Source of the DNA: Longimicrobiales bacterium
Lineage (GTDB): Bacteria > Gemmatimonadota > Gemmatimonadetes > Longimicrobiales > Gaopeijiaceae
Direction of reading: 5' to 3'
DNA: 64,000 nt
Assembly: GCA_965238005.1 (NCBI GenBank)
Contig: OZ250165.1
Span: 1,088,001-1,152,000 of the forward strand
Numbering within the stretch: position 1 is the first letter of the stretch; each line of letters begins with the position of its first letter. Both the position numbers and the translations under genes were made by a program. Positions 30,799-41,774 of this stretch are shown here, one piece after another. The notes beneath the pieces were generated by a model. That model was given only the letters and a program-made list of their open reading frames with translations. It was not told the DNA's origin and ran no database searches.

Positions 30799-31338
30799 CT
30801 ACTCCTCGTCTCTGTAACGGCCGGGCGCCCGGTTGAACTCTTCCGATCCACCCTTTGGGATGCTCAGGGTCTTCCAGTCGTCTCCAGCGTAGTGCATGGC
30901 GAGCTGCACGATCTGTCCCACGTGATAGGCGTAGTGGGAGAGCTGGCGCACGATGGCGCGACTCACGGTGAACGGCTCGCCTCGGATGGTCACCGAAGTC
31001 AAGAGATGAGCGTCGGTGAGGTTATCGAGCTCCCCGAGGGTGAGATCCCAGGCGTCCTGCCATCGCTCCATGAGGGCTTCCCGCGTGTCTTCGTCGCCAA
31101 TGACGAACTCCGTGTCCCTGTGACGGTCCGGCTTTTCACCGTCCGTGGTCATGAAGTCCCGCCACCTCGAGCGCATGTTGCCGGCCATGTGCTTCACGAG
31201 GATCGCCGGGCTGTTGCTCTCCGGACCGAGCGACCAGAAGAAGTCCGCGTCGGAGACCTGGGCCAGGGCCCTCTCGGCCAACCGTTTCAGGCGACGGTAC
31301 TCAGTTCTGAGATCGTCCAGCGGGGTGGGATCGGACAT
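30799..31338 (-). CDS. DUF1572/DinB-superfamily protein
   Basis: SNSPAILVKHMAGNMRSRWRDF.TTDGEKPDRHRD.EF, HYAYHVGQIV, LSIP. Confidence 0.9.
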   Translation of the reverse strand: MSDPTPLDDLRTEYRRLKRLAERALAQVSDADFFWSLGPESNSPAILVKHMAGNMRSRWRDFMTTDGEKPDRHRDTEFVIGDEDTREALMERWQDAWDLTLGELDNLTDAHLLTSVTIRGEPFTVSRAIVRQLSHYAYHVGQIVQLAMHYAGDDWKTLSIPKGGSEEFNRAPGRYRDEE

Positions 31339-31599
31339 GGCTCGCCGTCTCGTCGAGTGTGGAAACTTCACGGAGTGCTTCCCGTAGATCAGTCCGACGA
31401 AACAACGTCCACGAGACCGGAAACAGACATGATCGCAGTCGCCTATCTTGCCGTCCACCTGCTCGTCGGATCCGCCGTCCCGGCTCCTGTGGGACGGCCC
31501 GTCCTACGCGGGGGCTAGTAGGGCACCTCGGTTATCGACGCGACCGGTAGATGGGTGGGCCGGCCACGTACATGGGCGCTCGCCCCGTGCGGCGAACCC

Positions 31600-32976
31600 T
31601 CAGGCTGCGAACCACCCCCTGCGGTTCCCGAATGCGTAGACCGCTGCGCCTGTGGCGAGCGTGGCAAGAGCCGCGCCGGTAGGAAGGGGAGCTCCCAGGA
31701 GGCCGTTGATCCACGCGGCGATCGTCATCCCCAGAAAGATCAACGCCGGAAGCGGATGCAGGGGTGCGCGAAAGATCTCCGGTCCGATGCTCTCCACTCG
31801 GTCGGCACGTCCAGCCCGGCGCCGGAACACGAACAGCGTCGCCACGGTGAGCCCGTTGAAAAGCAGCAGGGACGACCCGATGTAGACGAGCAGGGTCTCG
31901 AAGGCGCCGGTCAGGGCCAGCGCTGCCGCCAGAACGCCTTGGGCCACGATGGCCACCACCGGCACCTGTCTCTGATCGGAGATGCGACCCAGGAGCCGTG
32001 GCGCCACCCCGTCCCGAGCCATGGCGAAGTAGATCCGCGGGCCCACGGCAGTCATGGCGCTCACCGAACCGAACATCGCCAGGGCGATAAGGCTCGTGAC
32101 GGCCAGCGAGCCCCGGAAGCCGAATAGCCTCTCCGCGGCCAGCTGTCCCACGGCGATGGCCGGCTCCCATTCGGGTTGGGGCAGGGCGTAGAAGAAGAGC
32201 GCGTTGATGAGGAGATAGACCGTCATGACGAAGAGCGTCCCCCCGAGCATCGCCCTCGGGAGGTTCCTCCCCGGGTGGTGTACCTCTCCGGCGATGTACG
32301 CGGCGGCGTTCCATCCGGCGTACGCGTAAGTCACCTGCAGGAAGGCCACCCACGAGTTTCTACCAGGCTCGGCACGGGCCACCAGCCCCGACCACGAGCC
32401 GTTCCCCGTCGAGAACCCGGCCAGCACCATGATCCCGATGGAGCCCACAACCATGGTGGCCAGCACCGTCTGGAAGCCACCGCTCCAGCGGATGCCCACC
32501 GAGTGGACCAGTGTGAGCAGGAGGACCATCATCGAAGCCGCGGCTGCCCCCTGGCTGATCCCGAGCCCTTCGATGAGCGGCGCGTCGGCGTTCCATCCGC
32601 CGAGCAGGGGGGCCAGGTAGGCGATCACCCCCAACGCCGACGCCGCCATGGCGGCCGAGAACCCCACCACGAACGAGGTCCAGCCGCTCAAGAAGCCCCA
32701 GACCTGGCCGAGTCCCCGGGTCAGGTAGCGGTATTCGCCTCCTGACGTGGGCATGTGGGTGGCCAGCTCGGAGTAGCAGAGCGCGCCGCAGAGGGCCAGG
32801 AAGCCGGCGGCGGCCCACACGCCCAATGAGCCCAGGGCGCTCCCCGTCGCCACGCGCACGAAGGCCGGGACCGTGAAGATTCCGGAGCCGATCATGTTGG
32901 TGACGACGAACGCTCCGGCCGCCACGGCCCCCAACGTGCGGACCAGACCGTCCGCGCCGACCTCTCGTTCTGACAT
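31600..32976 (-). CDS. APC family amino acid permease
   Basis: NMIGSGIF, GALCYSEL, GGEY.YL, AYAGWN, PRIYFAMARDG. Confidence 0.92.
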   Translation of the reverse strand: MSEREVGADGLVRTLGAVAAGAFVVTNMIGSGIFTVPAFVRVATGSALGSLGVWAAAGFLALCGALCYSELATHMPTSGGEYRYLTRGLGQVWGFLSGWTSFVVGFSAAMAASALGVIAYLAPLLGGWNADAPLIEGLGISQGAAAASMMVLLLTLVHSVGIRWSGGFQTVLATMVVGSIGIMVLAGFSTGNGSWSGLVARAEPGRNSWVAFLQVTYAYAGWNAAAYIAGEVHHPGRNLPRAMLGGTLFVMTVYLLINALFFYALPQPEWEPAIAVGQLAAERLFGFRGSLAVTSLIALAMFGSVSAMTAVGPRIYFAMARDGVAPRLLGRISDQRQVPVVAIVAQGVLAAALALTGAFETLLVYIGSSLLLFNGLTVATLFVFRRRAGRADRVESIGPEIFRAPLHPLPALIFLGMTIAAWINGLLGAPLPTGAALATLATGAAVYAFGNRRGWFAA

Positions 32977-33072
32977 CAGACGGCGATCTCCCTTTCGGTC
33001 CTGGACGGTCTGGCCGCGTTGCGCACCTCGGGGGGGCGCAAGAGTCGGACCACTGCGGCCTCCTAGAGGCCT

Positions 33073-34740
33073 CTAAGCCAGTCCCACGATCTCGCCGTTG
33101 TCCTTGATCGACATGCCCACCGCCGCGGGCCGGGCCGACAGGCCGGGCATGGTCATGACGTTGACCGTCTTGGCGACGACGAAGCCCGCTCCCGCCGAGG
33201 GAGTCACATCGCGCACCGTGATCTTGAAGCCGGTGGGCCTCGCCAGGAGAGCGGGGTTGTCGGAGAAGGAGTACTGGGTCTTGGCGATGCACACGGGCGC
33301 GCTCCGCATACCGAAGGACTCGAGGCGGTCGAGGGCTCGTGCGGCCTCGTCCAGGAAGTCTACTCCGTCCGCCCCGTAGATCTCGGTGGCGATGACACCG
33401 ATCTTCTCGCGCAGGCCCATGTCGTCGGGATAGAGAGGCCGATAGTCGGCTTGTCCGGAATCGATCACCTCGCTCACGACGTCGGCGAGCTCCAGGCAGC
33501 CGGTTCCGGTCTGTCCGTGCGGGTCGGCCTCTACGGCCAACACCCCGAAGGCCTCGCACGCCTCGAGGACCGCCGACACCTCGGCGTCCGTGTCAGTGGC
33601 GAAGCGGTTGATGGCCACCACCGGCGGTACGCCGAACTTGCGAAGATTTTCCACGTGCGCCTGGAGGTTCACCAAGCCGGCTTTGAGGGCCTCCAGGTTC
33701 TCCGCCTTCAGGTCGTCCTTGGCCACGCCGCCGTGCATCTTCAGGGCCCGAATGGTGGCTACGACCACCACCGCCTGAGGCTCGAGGCCCCCCACGCGGC
33801 ACTTGATGTCGAAGAACTTCTCGGCTCCGAGATCGGCCCCGAACCCCGCTTCGGTCACCACGACGTTCCCCAGGGCCAGTCCGGCCCGGGTGGCGATGAG
33901 GGAGTTGCAGCCGTGGGCGATGTTGGCGAACGGCCCGCCGTGGACGAAGGCCGGAGTGCCGCCCAGCGTCTGCACCAGGTTGGGGTTGACGGCCTCCTGG
34001 AGGAGCAGCGTCATGGCGCCGGGGGCGTCGAGCTCGGCGGCCCGGATGGGCTCTCCTTGACGCGTGGAGGCCACGATGATGTTGCCGAGCCGGGCGGTCA
34101 AATCCTTCAACGAGTCGGCGAGGCAGAAGATCGCCATGATCTCCGAGGCAGCGGTGATGACGAAGCCGTCTTCCCGCGGAATCCCGCCGGTCCGGCCGCC
34201 CAGACCCAGAACCACGTGCCGCAGCGCCCGGTCGTTCATATCCACCGTCCGGGGCCAGGTGATCTGGCGATGGTCGATGTCCAGGCTGTTGGGCCGGAAC
34301 AAGTGGTTGTCCAGCATTGCCGAGAGAAGTCCGTGGGCCGAGGTGATGGCGTGGAAGTCACCCGTGAAGTGCAGGTTGATGTCCGCCATTGGGATCACCT
34401 GGGAGTATCCCCCGCCCGCCGCTCCGCCCTTGATCCCGAAGACCGGTCCCAAGCTGGGCTCTCGTAGACACAGGACGGGGTTCCGCTCCCGAAGGGTCAG
34501 GGCGTCGACGAGCCCCACGGCCATCGTGGATTTGCCTTCGCCGGCTGGGGTGGGGCTCATGCCCGTGACCAGAACGAGCTTCCCGTTCCGGTTCTCCCGG
34601 TCGTTGATCACGTCCAGGGGCACTTTGGCTTTGTAGTGCCCGTAGGGCTCGATGTCCGTGGCTCCGAGCCCGACTTTGGCCGCGATCTCGGTGATGGGCC
34701 TCAACTCGGCGGACTGTGCGATCTCGATATCGGTCAGCAT
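33073..34740 (-). CDS. fhs: Formate--tetrahydrofolate ligase
   Basis: PTPAGEGKST, GIKGGAAGGGY, LHFTGDFHAI, HGGPFANIAHGCNS, TEAGFGADLGAEKF, KTQYSFSD. Confidence 0.97.
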   Translation of the reverse strand: MLTDIEIAQSAELRPITEIAAKVGLGATDIEPYGHYKAKVPLDVINDRENRNGKLVLVTGMSPTPAGEGKSTMAVGLVDALTLRERNPVLCLREPSLGPVFGIKGGAAGGGYSQVIPMADINLHFTGDFHAITSAHGLLSAMLDNHLFRPNSLDIDHRQITWPRTVDMNDRALRHVVLGLGGRTGGIPREDGFVITAASEIMAIFCLADSLKDLTARLGNIIVASTRQGEPIRAAELDAPGAMTLLLQEAVNPNLVQTLGGTPAFVHGGPFANIAHGCNSLIATRAGLALGNVVVTEAGFGADLGAEKFFDIKCRVGGLEPQAVVVVATIRALKMHGGVAKDDLKAENLEALKAGLVNLQAHVENLRKFGVPPVVAINRFATDTDAEVSAVLEACEAFGVLAVEADPHGQTGTGCLELADVVSEVIDSGQADYRPLYPDDMGLREKIGVIATEIYGADGVDFLDEAARALDRLESFGMRSAPVCIAKTQYSFSDNPALLARPTGFKITVRDVTPSAGAGFVVAKTVNVMTMPGLSARPAAVGMSIKDNGEIVGLA

Positions 34741-35049
34741 TCTGGTTCCGTGTCGGTCGATTCTGATTCTCGCCGTGTAGGGCCTCCCGAGGTTCCTGTC
34801 GGCCGACCGGCTGCGCTTCGGGCACCCAAGTCTGCGAAGCGGCCGTTCAGGCTGGGCTTTTCGCCAGAATTCTGCAAGAGGGGAGGCGGGAGGGAGGCGG
34901 GAGCGGAGGACTCTGGAGCGCGTTCCTATTCGCAGAGATATACGTATCTTTATATCGTGAGTATACGTACGGAGGTTGCAATGTCCAAGAAGGCCCGGCA
35001 ACGCCGCGAGACCCCGCCTAGAGGCCGGCTGAAGAAGTGCAGCGAGCCG

Positions 35050-36270
35050 CTAGACGTACTCCCGCACCGAGGTCCCGAGAGCCTCCAGCGCCGCGACGAT
35101 CTCCTCTACGTGCTCTCTCCCACGCGTCTCCAAATGCATCACGATCTCCACATCGCCTACGGTGATGTCAGCGAACGCGCGACGGTGGCCAATCTCAAGA
35201 ACGTTGGCACGGAGACCCGCTGCGACCTTGGTCAGTGCCGCTAGCGATCCTGGGCGATCCCGGACGGTGACCATCAGCCTGGCCAGACGCCCATCTGCTA
35301 CCAACCCCCGTTCGATGATGCGGGCGATCAGGTTCACGTCGATATTGCCGCCGCAAAGTACCGCGGCCACTACGTCGTCGGCCCCGACCGGGATCCGCCC
35401 ACTCACCAACGCCGCCAAAGGTGTGGCTCCCGCCCCCTCGACTACGGTGCGCTCGCGCTCCAGAAGCAGTAGGATCGCGCTGGCAATCTCCTCCTCCTCA
35501 ACGACGACGATGTCATCCACGTACTCCTCGATCAGAGGAAACGTGAGGTCGCCGATCCGCTTCACCGCGATGCCGTCGGCGATGGTCTCAGCGCTCTCGA
35601 TGTCAGTCACCTCACCCATCTCTCGCGAGCGATACGCCGAAGGTGCGGCCGCAGCCTCTACGCCGATCACACGGAGCGAAGGGCTCAGGGCTTTCGCGGC
35701 AACCGCGATTCCCGAGATGATCCCGCCCCCTCCGATAGGCACCACCACGTGCGTCAAGCCAGGCACCTGCTCGACGAGCTCCAGGCCGATGGTGCCCTGG
35801 CCCGCCATGATGGCCCGATCATCGTAGGGATGCACCATGGTGAGGCCCTCCTGATCCACCATGCGGCGGGCCTCGGCGAGTGACTCGGAAAACGTGTCCC
35901 CATGCAAGAACACACGCGCTCCATAGCGACGCGTGTTCGAACTCTTCACCAGGGGTATACCGATCGGCATCACCACCGTCGCAGGAATCCCGAGGCGCGT
36001 GGCATGGTACGCGACCGCTTGCGCATGGTTACCGACACTAGGCGTCACGATTCCCCGTGAACGCTCCTCGCCTGATAACTGAAGCAGCTTGTTGAGCGCA
36101 CCACGGTCCTTGAACGAGCCTGTGCGCTGCCGGGTCTCGAACTTGAGCCAGAGGGAGCATGCCAGCAGATCGCCAAACGCCGTCGATCTTGTGCAGGGGG
36201 TGAGCACCACCTGATCTCCCAGGCGCTCCCTCGCCTCGAGGATGTCAGGTAGGGTCAGGGATCGCGACAC
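35050..36270 (-). CDS. ilvA: Threonine ammonia-lyase with C-terminal ACT domain
   Basis: TGSFKDRGA, GNHAQ, AGQGTIGLE, PIGGGG, TIADGIAV, GGNID, DRPGSL. Confidence 0.9.
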   Translation of the reverse strand: MSRSLTLPDILEARERLGDQVVLTPCTRSTAFGDLLACSLWLKFETRQRTGSFKDRGALNKLLQLSGEERSRGIVTPSVGNHAQAVAYHATRLGIPATVVMPIGIPLVKSSNTRRYGARVFLHGDTFSESLAEARRMVDQEGLTMVHPYDDRAIMAGQGTIGLELVEQVPGLTHVVVPIGGGGIISGIAVAAKALSPSLRVIGVEAAAAPSAYRSREMGEVTDIESAETIADGIAVKRIGDLTFPLIEEYVDDIVVVEEEEIASAILLLLERERTVVEGAGATPLAALVSGRIPVGADDVVAAVLCGGNIDVNLIARIIERGLVADGRLARLMVTVRDRPGSLAALTKVAAGLRANVLEIGHRRAFADITVGDVEIVMHLETRGREHVEEIVAALEALGTSVREYV

Positions 36271-36587
36271 TGCCGGGACAGTCGAGCTGTTGTTGGGAAC
36301 GAGGTCCTCCTCGCGTGGTCGCTTGGTTGCAGACTCCAGTCCACGTTACAGCCAACTCATCGCACTGCGGTATGCCAGTAATCGAAGCGAGGGGTCAGGT
36401 CAACCGGCGAGGAGGCCGTTCCCAGCCCACGGTGCACGGTCGCCGTTCGCCCCTGCAAGGACGCGACGAGGGGACAGTGGTTGCGTCCGGTGTGTGCGGG
36501 CGGGCAGGTTGCTCCGCAGGCGACCCCTCGTCCTAGGACCAAGGGCCCGTGCAGCCGATCGAACACAAGCAACCGATGGAGGCCGTC

Positions 36588-37556
36588 ATGAAACTCGCAA
36601 CCGCCCTGTTCGCAGCCGCCCTGTTCGCGGCAACGTCGACGTCCGCGCAGGACACACTCCGGTTCACGCCGACGGTCGCGTATCCGACATTCGACGTGCG
36701 CGAGCCGGTTGCCACGATCCGGCCCGGCACGATCCTCATCTCCAACACGAATCATGGGGCGTATTACGATCCCGGCGGGGGGGATTTCCCGGGTGAGGTC
36801 GGCCCGTTCTGGATCGAGGGCGCAACAACGAACGACGTCTTGGTCGTGGAAATCCTCAAGGTCCGGCCGAACCATGACCTGGCCGGCGTCCAGCTCTACT
36901 CGGACTTCGGAGGCCTGGCGACCGACTCGCGTGTGCGCCTGCTGAACGATCCGATCCAGGCTCGTCGCTACGAGTGGAGCCTGGACATCGAAGCCATGAC
37001 GGGTACGGTCGAGCTTCCGGACTCCGAGATGGGCGAGATCACGATCGAGCTTCATCCGATGCTCGGCCGGGTCGCCGTGGCCCCCGGAGCCGGTGAGGCG
37101 TTCGCTGGGCTCTGGCCCGGCAACTTCGGTGGCAACATGGACGCACCCGAGGTGCGGGAAGGCACGACGGTATACCTGCCGATCTTCAACGACGGCGCGT
37201 ACCTCTACTTCGGCGACGGCCACGCCCGGCAGGGCGAAGGGGAGGTCAACGGTACGGGCCTCGAGACGTCGATGGACGTGATGCTCCGCATCGACCTCAT
37301 CAAGAACAAGACGATCGCGTGGCCGCGCTTCGAGGACGAGACGCACATCATGGTGGCCGGGAGCGCGCGGCCGCTCATCGACGCCTTCAGGCTCGCGCAC
37401 GTCGAGCTCATCGAGTGGCTCGTCGACGAGTACGGCTTTGGGAAGTGGGACGCCTACATGCTCGTCGGGCAGCTCGGCGAGAACACGATCGCCAACATCG
37501 TCGACCCGATCTACACGGTGGTCGCGAAGTTCCCGAAGGAGCACCTGCCGAGGTAG
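36588..37556 (+). CDS. Acetamidase/formamidase family protein with signal peptide
   Basis: GGAGG then ATG; GPFWIEGA, PMLG, FGGNMD, GDGHARQGEGE. Confidence 0.9.
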   Translation: MKLATALFAAALFAATSTSAQDTLRFTPTVAYPTFDVREPVATIRPGTILISNTNHGAYYDPGGGDFPGEVGPFWIEGATTNDVLVVEILKVRPNHDLAGVQLYSDFGGLATDSRVRLLNDPIQARRYEWSLDIEAMTGTVELPDSEMGEITIELHPMLGRVAVAPGAGEAFAGLWPGNFGGNMDAPEVREGTTVYLPIFNDGAYLYFGDGHARQGEGEVNGTGLETSMDVMLRIDLIKNKTIAWPRFEDETHIMVAGSARPLIDAFRLAHVELIEWLVDEYGFGKWDAYMLVGQLGENTIANIVDPIYTVVAKFPKEHLPR

Positions 37557-37836
37557 GTGCCTGGTGTTGACGCCACCCTGCCTCGGTGGAGACCCGCGCT
37601 CCTCGACACCGGCTGTCCGCCGGGCAAGGATGTTCCGACTCGACCGTGTGTCATCCCAGCGGGCGTCCCCGTTCGAACATCGCCGTGGGAAGTCTCGACC
37701 CGCTCATGAACCGGCCCTCGGGATGGTGCGGGAGGCACAGCGAGATCCTACATTCGGCGCCTAGGGCTGCCGTATCGGCGGCCCTTCGCCTTACGCCCGT
37801 CGCTTTGACGGTGCTCTCTGACGACAGTCGAGTTCC

Positions 37837-38822
37837 ATGACGCGATCCGACGAACACGAGATCATAGACCGGTGGAAGGATGAGCCCGCGCCGCTCCTTC
37901 CGGTCCTGCAGGCCCTCCACGATCGAGACGGATATCTGTCCGAGGACGCCCTGCGCGCCGTGGCCGCCGGCCTTCGCATTCCCATCGCCGACCTCTTCGG
38001 CCCGGTCACCTTCTACCATCACTTTGCCCGCGAGCCGGGTGGCCTCGACGCCCCGCGGGTGTGCACGGGACCGATCTGCAAGATGAAAGGGGCTGAGGAT
38101 CTGGTGGCCGCCCTGAACGGCGCCACGCCCATGCCCTGCTCGGGCCGCTGCGACGACCCCATTCCGGTGCTGCGAGGCCACCACACGCTGGTGGGCCTTT
38201 CGGCGGAGAGCCTGGAGTCTAAGCCGTCCCCTCTGCCGCCAGCCGCTCAGGAGTCTCGAGGGCAAGCATCCATTCCCCCGGAACCGGCCTCCCTATCCGG
38301 TCACCCATGGCTTCGAGGACCTCCCCACGGTCGTCAACAATGTGGAGACGCTGGTGTCCGCGCCGCCCATCGCGCGACACGGTGCGGACTCGTATCGGGG
38401 GCTGGGGGGCGGCGAACAGGCCGGCACCAAGGTGATAAGCCTCTCGGGTGATGTGGCCCGGCCGGGCAACTACGAGGTTCCCCTGGGCTTTCCCCTCATG
38501 GAGCTCATCGACGGCTGGGCGGGAGGAACGGGAGAGGGGCGCACGATTCAGGCAGTCACCATGGCGGGACTGTCGGGCGGTTTTCTCGCCGGTGAAGACC
38601 TGGACGTGACGCTGGACGAGCCGAGCATCCGGGCGAAGGGCTCGTTCCTCGGAGCGGGTGGGATCATGGTCTTCGACGACACCCGTGACATGATCGAGGT
38701 CTCCCATCAGGCCATGGAGTTCTTCGCTCACGAGTCGTGCGGCAAATGTTTCCCTTGTCGCATCGGCACCCAAAGGCTTATGGAACGACTGGCGGGTAAG
38801 GCGGGTTCCAAGGAGTTGGCTC
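37837..38822 (+). pseudogene. NuoE/NuoF-like (FdsG/FdsB-like) diaphorase subunit with internal deletion and 3' truncation
   Basis: LLPVLQALH..VTFYHHF..VCTGPIC..CSGRCD, then at ~38245 a jump in another frame to LRSLEGK..PPYP..TVVNNVETL..ESCGKCFPCRIGT. Confidence 0.85.
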
Positions 38823-40019
38823 TTGTACGGCAAGGCCGAGCGTGGGGCGATCTACTACACGCTCGGGATCACAGAGCACATCTGCGGCGTCGAGAACGTG
38901 CAGAGTCTATGCAACCTCGCCCTCCTGACCGGGAACATCGGCCGGGAGGGAACGGGCATAAACCCCATGCGCGGGCAGAACAACATTCAGGGAGCCGGGG
39001 ACATGGGCGCGCTGCCCAACAACTACCCGGGGTTTCAGCCGGTCACCGACCCGACCAATCAGGAGAAGTTCGAGAAGGCGTGGGGGACCAAGGTCGATCT
39101 CGAGAAGGGGATCACCAAGGTCACGGCCCTGGACATGTGTGGAGATCAGATCCGGGCCATGTACATCGACGGTGAGAACACGCTCATCTCGGACCCGGAC
39201 CGAACGCACTGCGAGCACGCCCTGAGGAGCCTCGACTTCCTGGTCGTCACCGACCTCTTCATGACCGAGACGGCCGAGCTGGCCAATGTGGTCTTCCCGG
39301 CCGCCGCCTGGGCCGAGGTGGACGGGACCCAGACGAACACCGAGAGGCGGATTCAGCGTCTGCGGGCGGCCGTACCGCCTCAGGGCGATGCCATGCCCGA
39401 CTGGTGGATCACTTCCCAGCTCGCGAGGCGCATGGGATTCCAGGGCTTCGATTACGATGGGCCGCACGAGGTCTTCAATGAGTGCTGTGAGCTGTCGGCC
39501 ATCTACCAGGGGGTGAACTGGGATAGCGTCGAGCACGGCGAATACCAATGGCCCGTCCCCTTCGACGGCCATCCCGGGACACCCCGACTGCACGAAGAGG
39601 AGTTCGTCAACGGCCGTGGCATCTTCACGGTCGCGGAGTACCGGGATCCGGCGGAGACCATCGACGACGACTACCCGGTGTGGCTCACCACGGGCCGCAG
39701 GCTGGCATCGTACCACACGCGCACCCAGACCGGGCGATCCGCCGGAATCGAGTACCTCCTGTCCGAGGAGGTCCTGGAGGTGCACCCGACGGACGTGGAG
39801 GAGTGGGGCCTCGAGGACGGAGGCTGCGCCATCGTCTCCAGCCGCCGGGGATCCGTACGGGTCAAGGTCCAGGCCAACAACCGCTCGCCGAAGGGAACGG
39901 TCTTCACCACGTTCAGCTTCAGTGACGTTCCCGTGAACGTGCTCACCGGATCCGGGTACGATCCCATCACGCAGACGGCGGAGTTGAAGGTCTGCCCGGT
40001 GCGTGTGGAGCCCGATTGA
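38823..40019 (+). pseudogene. Formate dehydrogenase alpha subunit, C-terminal half only
   Basis: GITEH..RGQNNIQGAGDMG..DLFMTETA..TNTERR..LTTGRRL..YHT..ELKVCPV; the N-terminal Fe-S and Mo/W-ligand region is absent. Confidence 0.85.
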
Positions 40020-40086
40020 CGGAGGTGGTGGTTGAAGGGGTTTCCGCTACTCGTCCTGCTGATCCTCCTACCTGCCAAGGCGCGGG

Positions 40087-40569
40087 CTACCCTGCGGGAG
40101 CTTCGTCTGCGGAGCCCCCTGTCTCCTGGGGAGGCTGATTGCGGTCCACAGGCAGGTCCGGTTCCACCAGCACCTCGGGGTCCGCCGCCGCGCGCCCTGC
40201 CGTGTCCCGGATCCCCTCCACGATCTCCTTGAGTCGGTCGTGGGCCTGGTTCATTTCCTCCCTGACGTCGTCCTCGCTGCGGATTCCACGCTCCAGATCC
40301 ACGGCCAGCCAGTTCAGCCGTCGCACCACGTCGAGAAGCAGCCTCACATGCGACCGAAGAGCACCGTACTGCCGATGGCGGAGCCGGGTCCTGGGCAGAT
40401 CACTGATCATGTCGGCGATCCCCAGAGCGTCTGCGGCCCAGATGATGGGAAGGAGAAAGAGCAGCCCCATGGTGACCCGCGCCAGCGGTTCGGTGAACAC
40501 GTAGATGACGACAGCGTCCAAGAGGGAAGCCGTGACCAGCACAACAGTGTAGAGAAGCTTGGATCGCAT
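40087..40569 (-). CDS. Hypothetical protein with two TM helices and a coiled C-terminus
   Basis: GAGG RBS and ATG; hydrophobic N-terminus. Confidence 0.7.
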   Translation of the reverse strand: MRSKLLYTVVLVTASLLDAVVIYVFTEPLARVTMGLLFLLPIIWAADALGIADMISDLPRTRLRHRQYGALRSHVRLLLDVVRRLNWLAVDLERGIRSEDDVREEMNQAHDRLKEIVEGIRDTAGRAAADPEVLVEPDLPVDRNQPPQETGGSADEAPAG

Positions 40570-40802
40570 ACGACCTCGGGTCAGTCTAGTTTTGGGTGGC
40601 CGTCCGAGCAGTTGGGTTTCTGGTTGTATGAGGAAGGTTAGCGGGACTCCTCCACCTTATCCAACGATGGCTCACGATGCCAGGAAAATCGTGCTTGGGT
40701 GTGCCGGTCCGCCCCGCTGTCGACCTTGGGGCGCCCTGAGCTAGTGTCCCGCTGCCAAAGTGTCTCGGCCAGTCGAGGGCACGGTGCATCCGCAACGGAA
40801 CA

Positions 40803-41774
40803 CTAGTTCGGATCAGGGATCTTGCCATCCAGGATGCTTCGGAGCGCCGCCCGGGAGAGATTTCCCCCCGAAACCACGCACACGATCTTGCCGCCCCCCG
40901 CCTGCCCCGCCATGGCGGCCGCCACGGGGGCGGCACCGGCACCCTCTGCGATAAGCCGGTTCCGGAGCACCAGAAGGCGAATCGCCTCGACGACCGCCTC
41001 TACCCCCACCACCAGTGAGCCGTTCAGGAGCGTTCGGGCCAGGGGCCACATCTCCGCCAGGACGCTCTTGCCTCCGATCCCGTCGATGAAGGTTGGAATT
41101 CTGTCGATGGCCGTGGGCGCTCCTTTGTCCAGGGAGGCCCGGAGGGGTGCTGCTGTCTCCACTTCGCAGGCGAACACCTTGGTGCCCGGCTTGAGCGCCT
41201 TCACCGCTGAAGCGATCCCACAGCTCAGCCCGCCGCCGCCATACGGGACGAGGATGGTATCGACGTCCGGAAGATCTTCGACGATCTCGAGGCCCGCGGT
41301 GCCGTTGCCCGCGATGACCGCAGGATCGCTCACCGGGTGGATGAAGAGGCCGGGGACGCCCGGATGGTGGTGGTTCACGATGACCTGCCACCACTCCTCG
41401 AAGGGGAGGGGGATGGCTTCGGCGCCGAGGCGGCGGATGGCTTCCATCTTGGTGTCGGGCGCCGTGTCGGGGACCACGACCCGGCAGGGAATACCCAGGC
41501 GTCGGGCGTTCCAGGCCACGCCCTGAGCCATGTTGCCGGCGCTGGCCGTGTAGACGCCGTCCGCGAGAAGCTCCGGGCCGGCCAGCGCCATGGCGTTCCC
41601 CGACCCCCTCAGCTTGAAAGAGCCAATGGGCTGCAGGCTCTCCAGCTTGAGATAGATCTCCGCGGGGGCGTCGTCCGCCGTCAGCGGCAGAAGTGGTGTC
41701 CGCAACGCAACGCCTCGGATGCGCTCGCGTGCCTCCCGGATGGCCTCCAGGGGGACGGGCTCGACGGCTCTAAT
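40803..41774 (-). CDS. Threonine/serine dehydratase-like PLP enzyme (probable ATT start)
   Basis: RTPL, KLESLQPIGSFKLRG, SAGN, PYGGGGL, EGAGA, SGGN. Confidence 0.88.
   Translation of the reverse strand: MRAVEPVPLEAIREARERIRGVALRTPLLPLTADDAPAEIYLKLESLQPIGSFKLRGSGNAMALAGPELLADGVYTASAGNMAQGVAWNARRLGIPCRVVVPDTAPDTKMEAIRRLGAEAIPLPFEEWWQVIVNHHHPGVPGLFIHPVSDPAVIAGNGTAGLEIVEDLPDVDTILVPYGGGGLSCGIASAVKALKPGTKVFACEVETAAPLRASLDKGAPTAIDRIPTFIDGIGGKSVLAEMWPLARTLLNGSLVVGVEAVVEAIRLLVLRNRLIAEGAGAAPVAAAMAGQAGGGKIVCVVSGGNLSRAALRSILDGKIPDPN

Noticed and set aside
34741..34930. ZTP or THF riboswitch upstream of fhs
   Set aside because: Only a CUGGCGAA fragment resembles the ZTP motif; I could not find the P1 pairing or the 3' CGCCUGGGC element.
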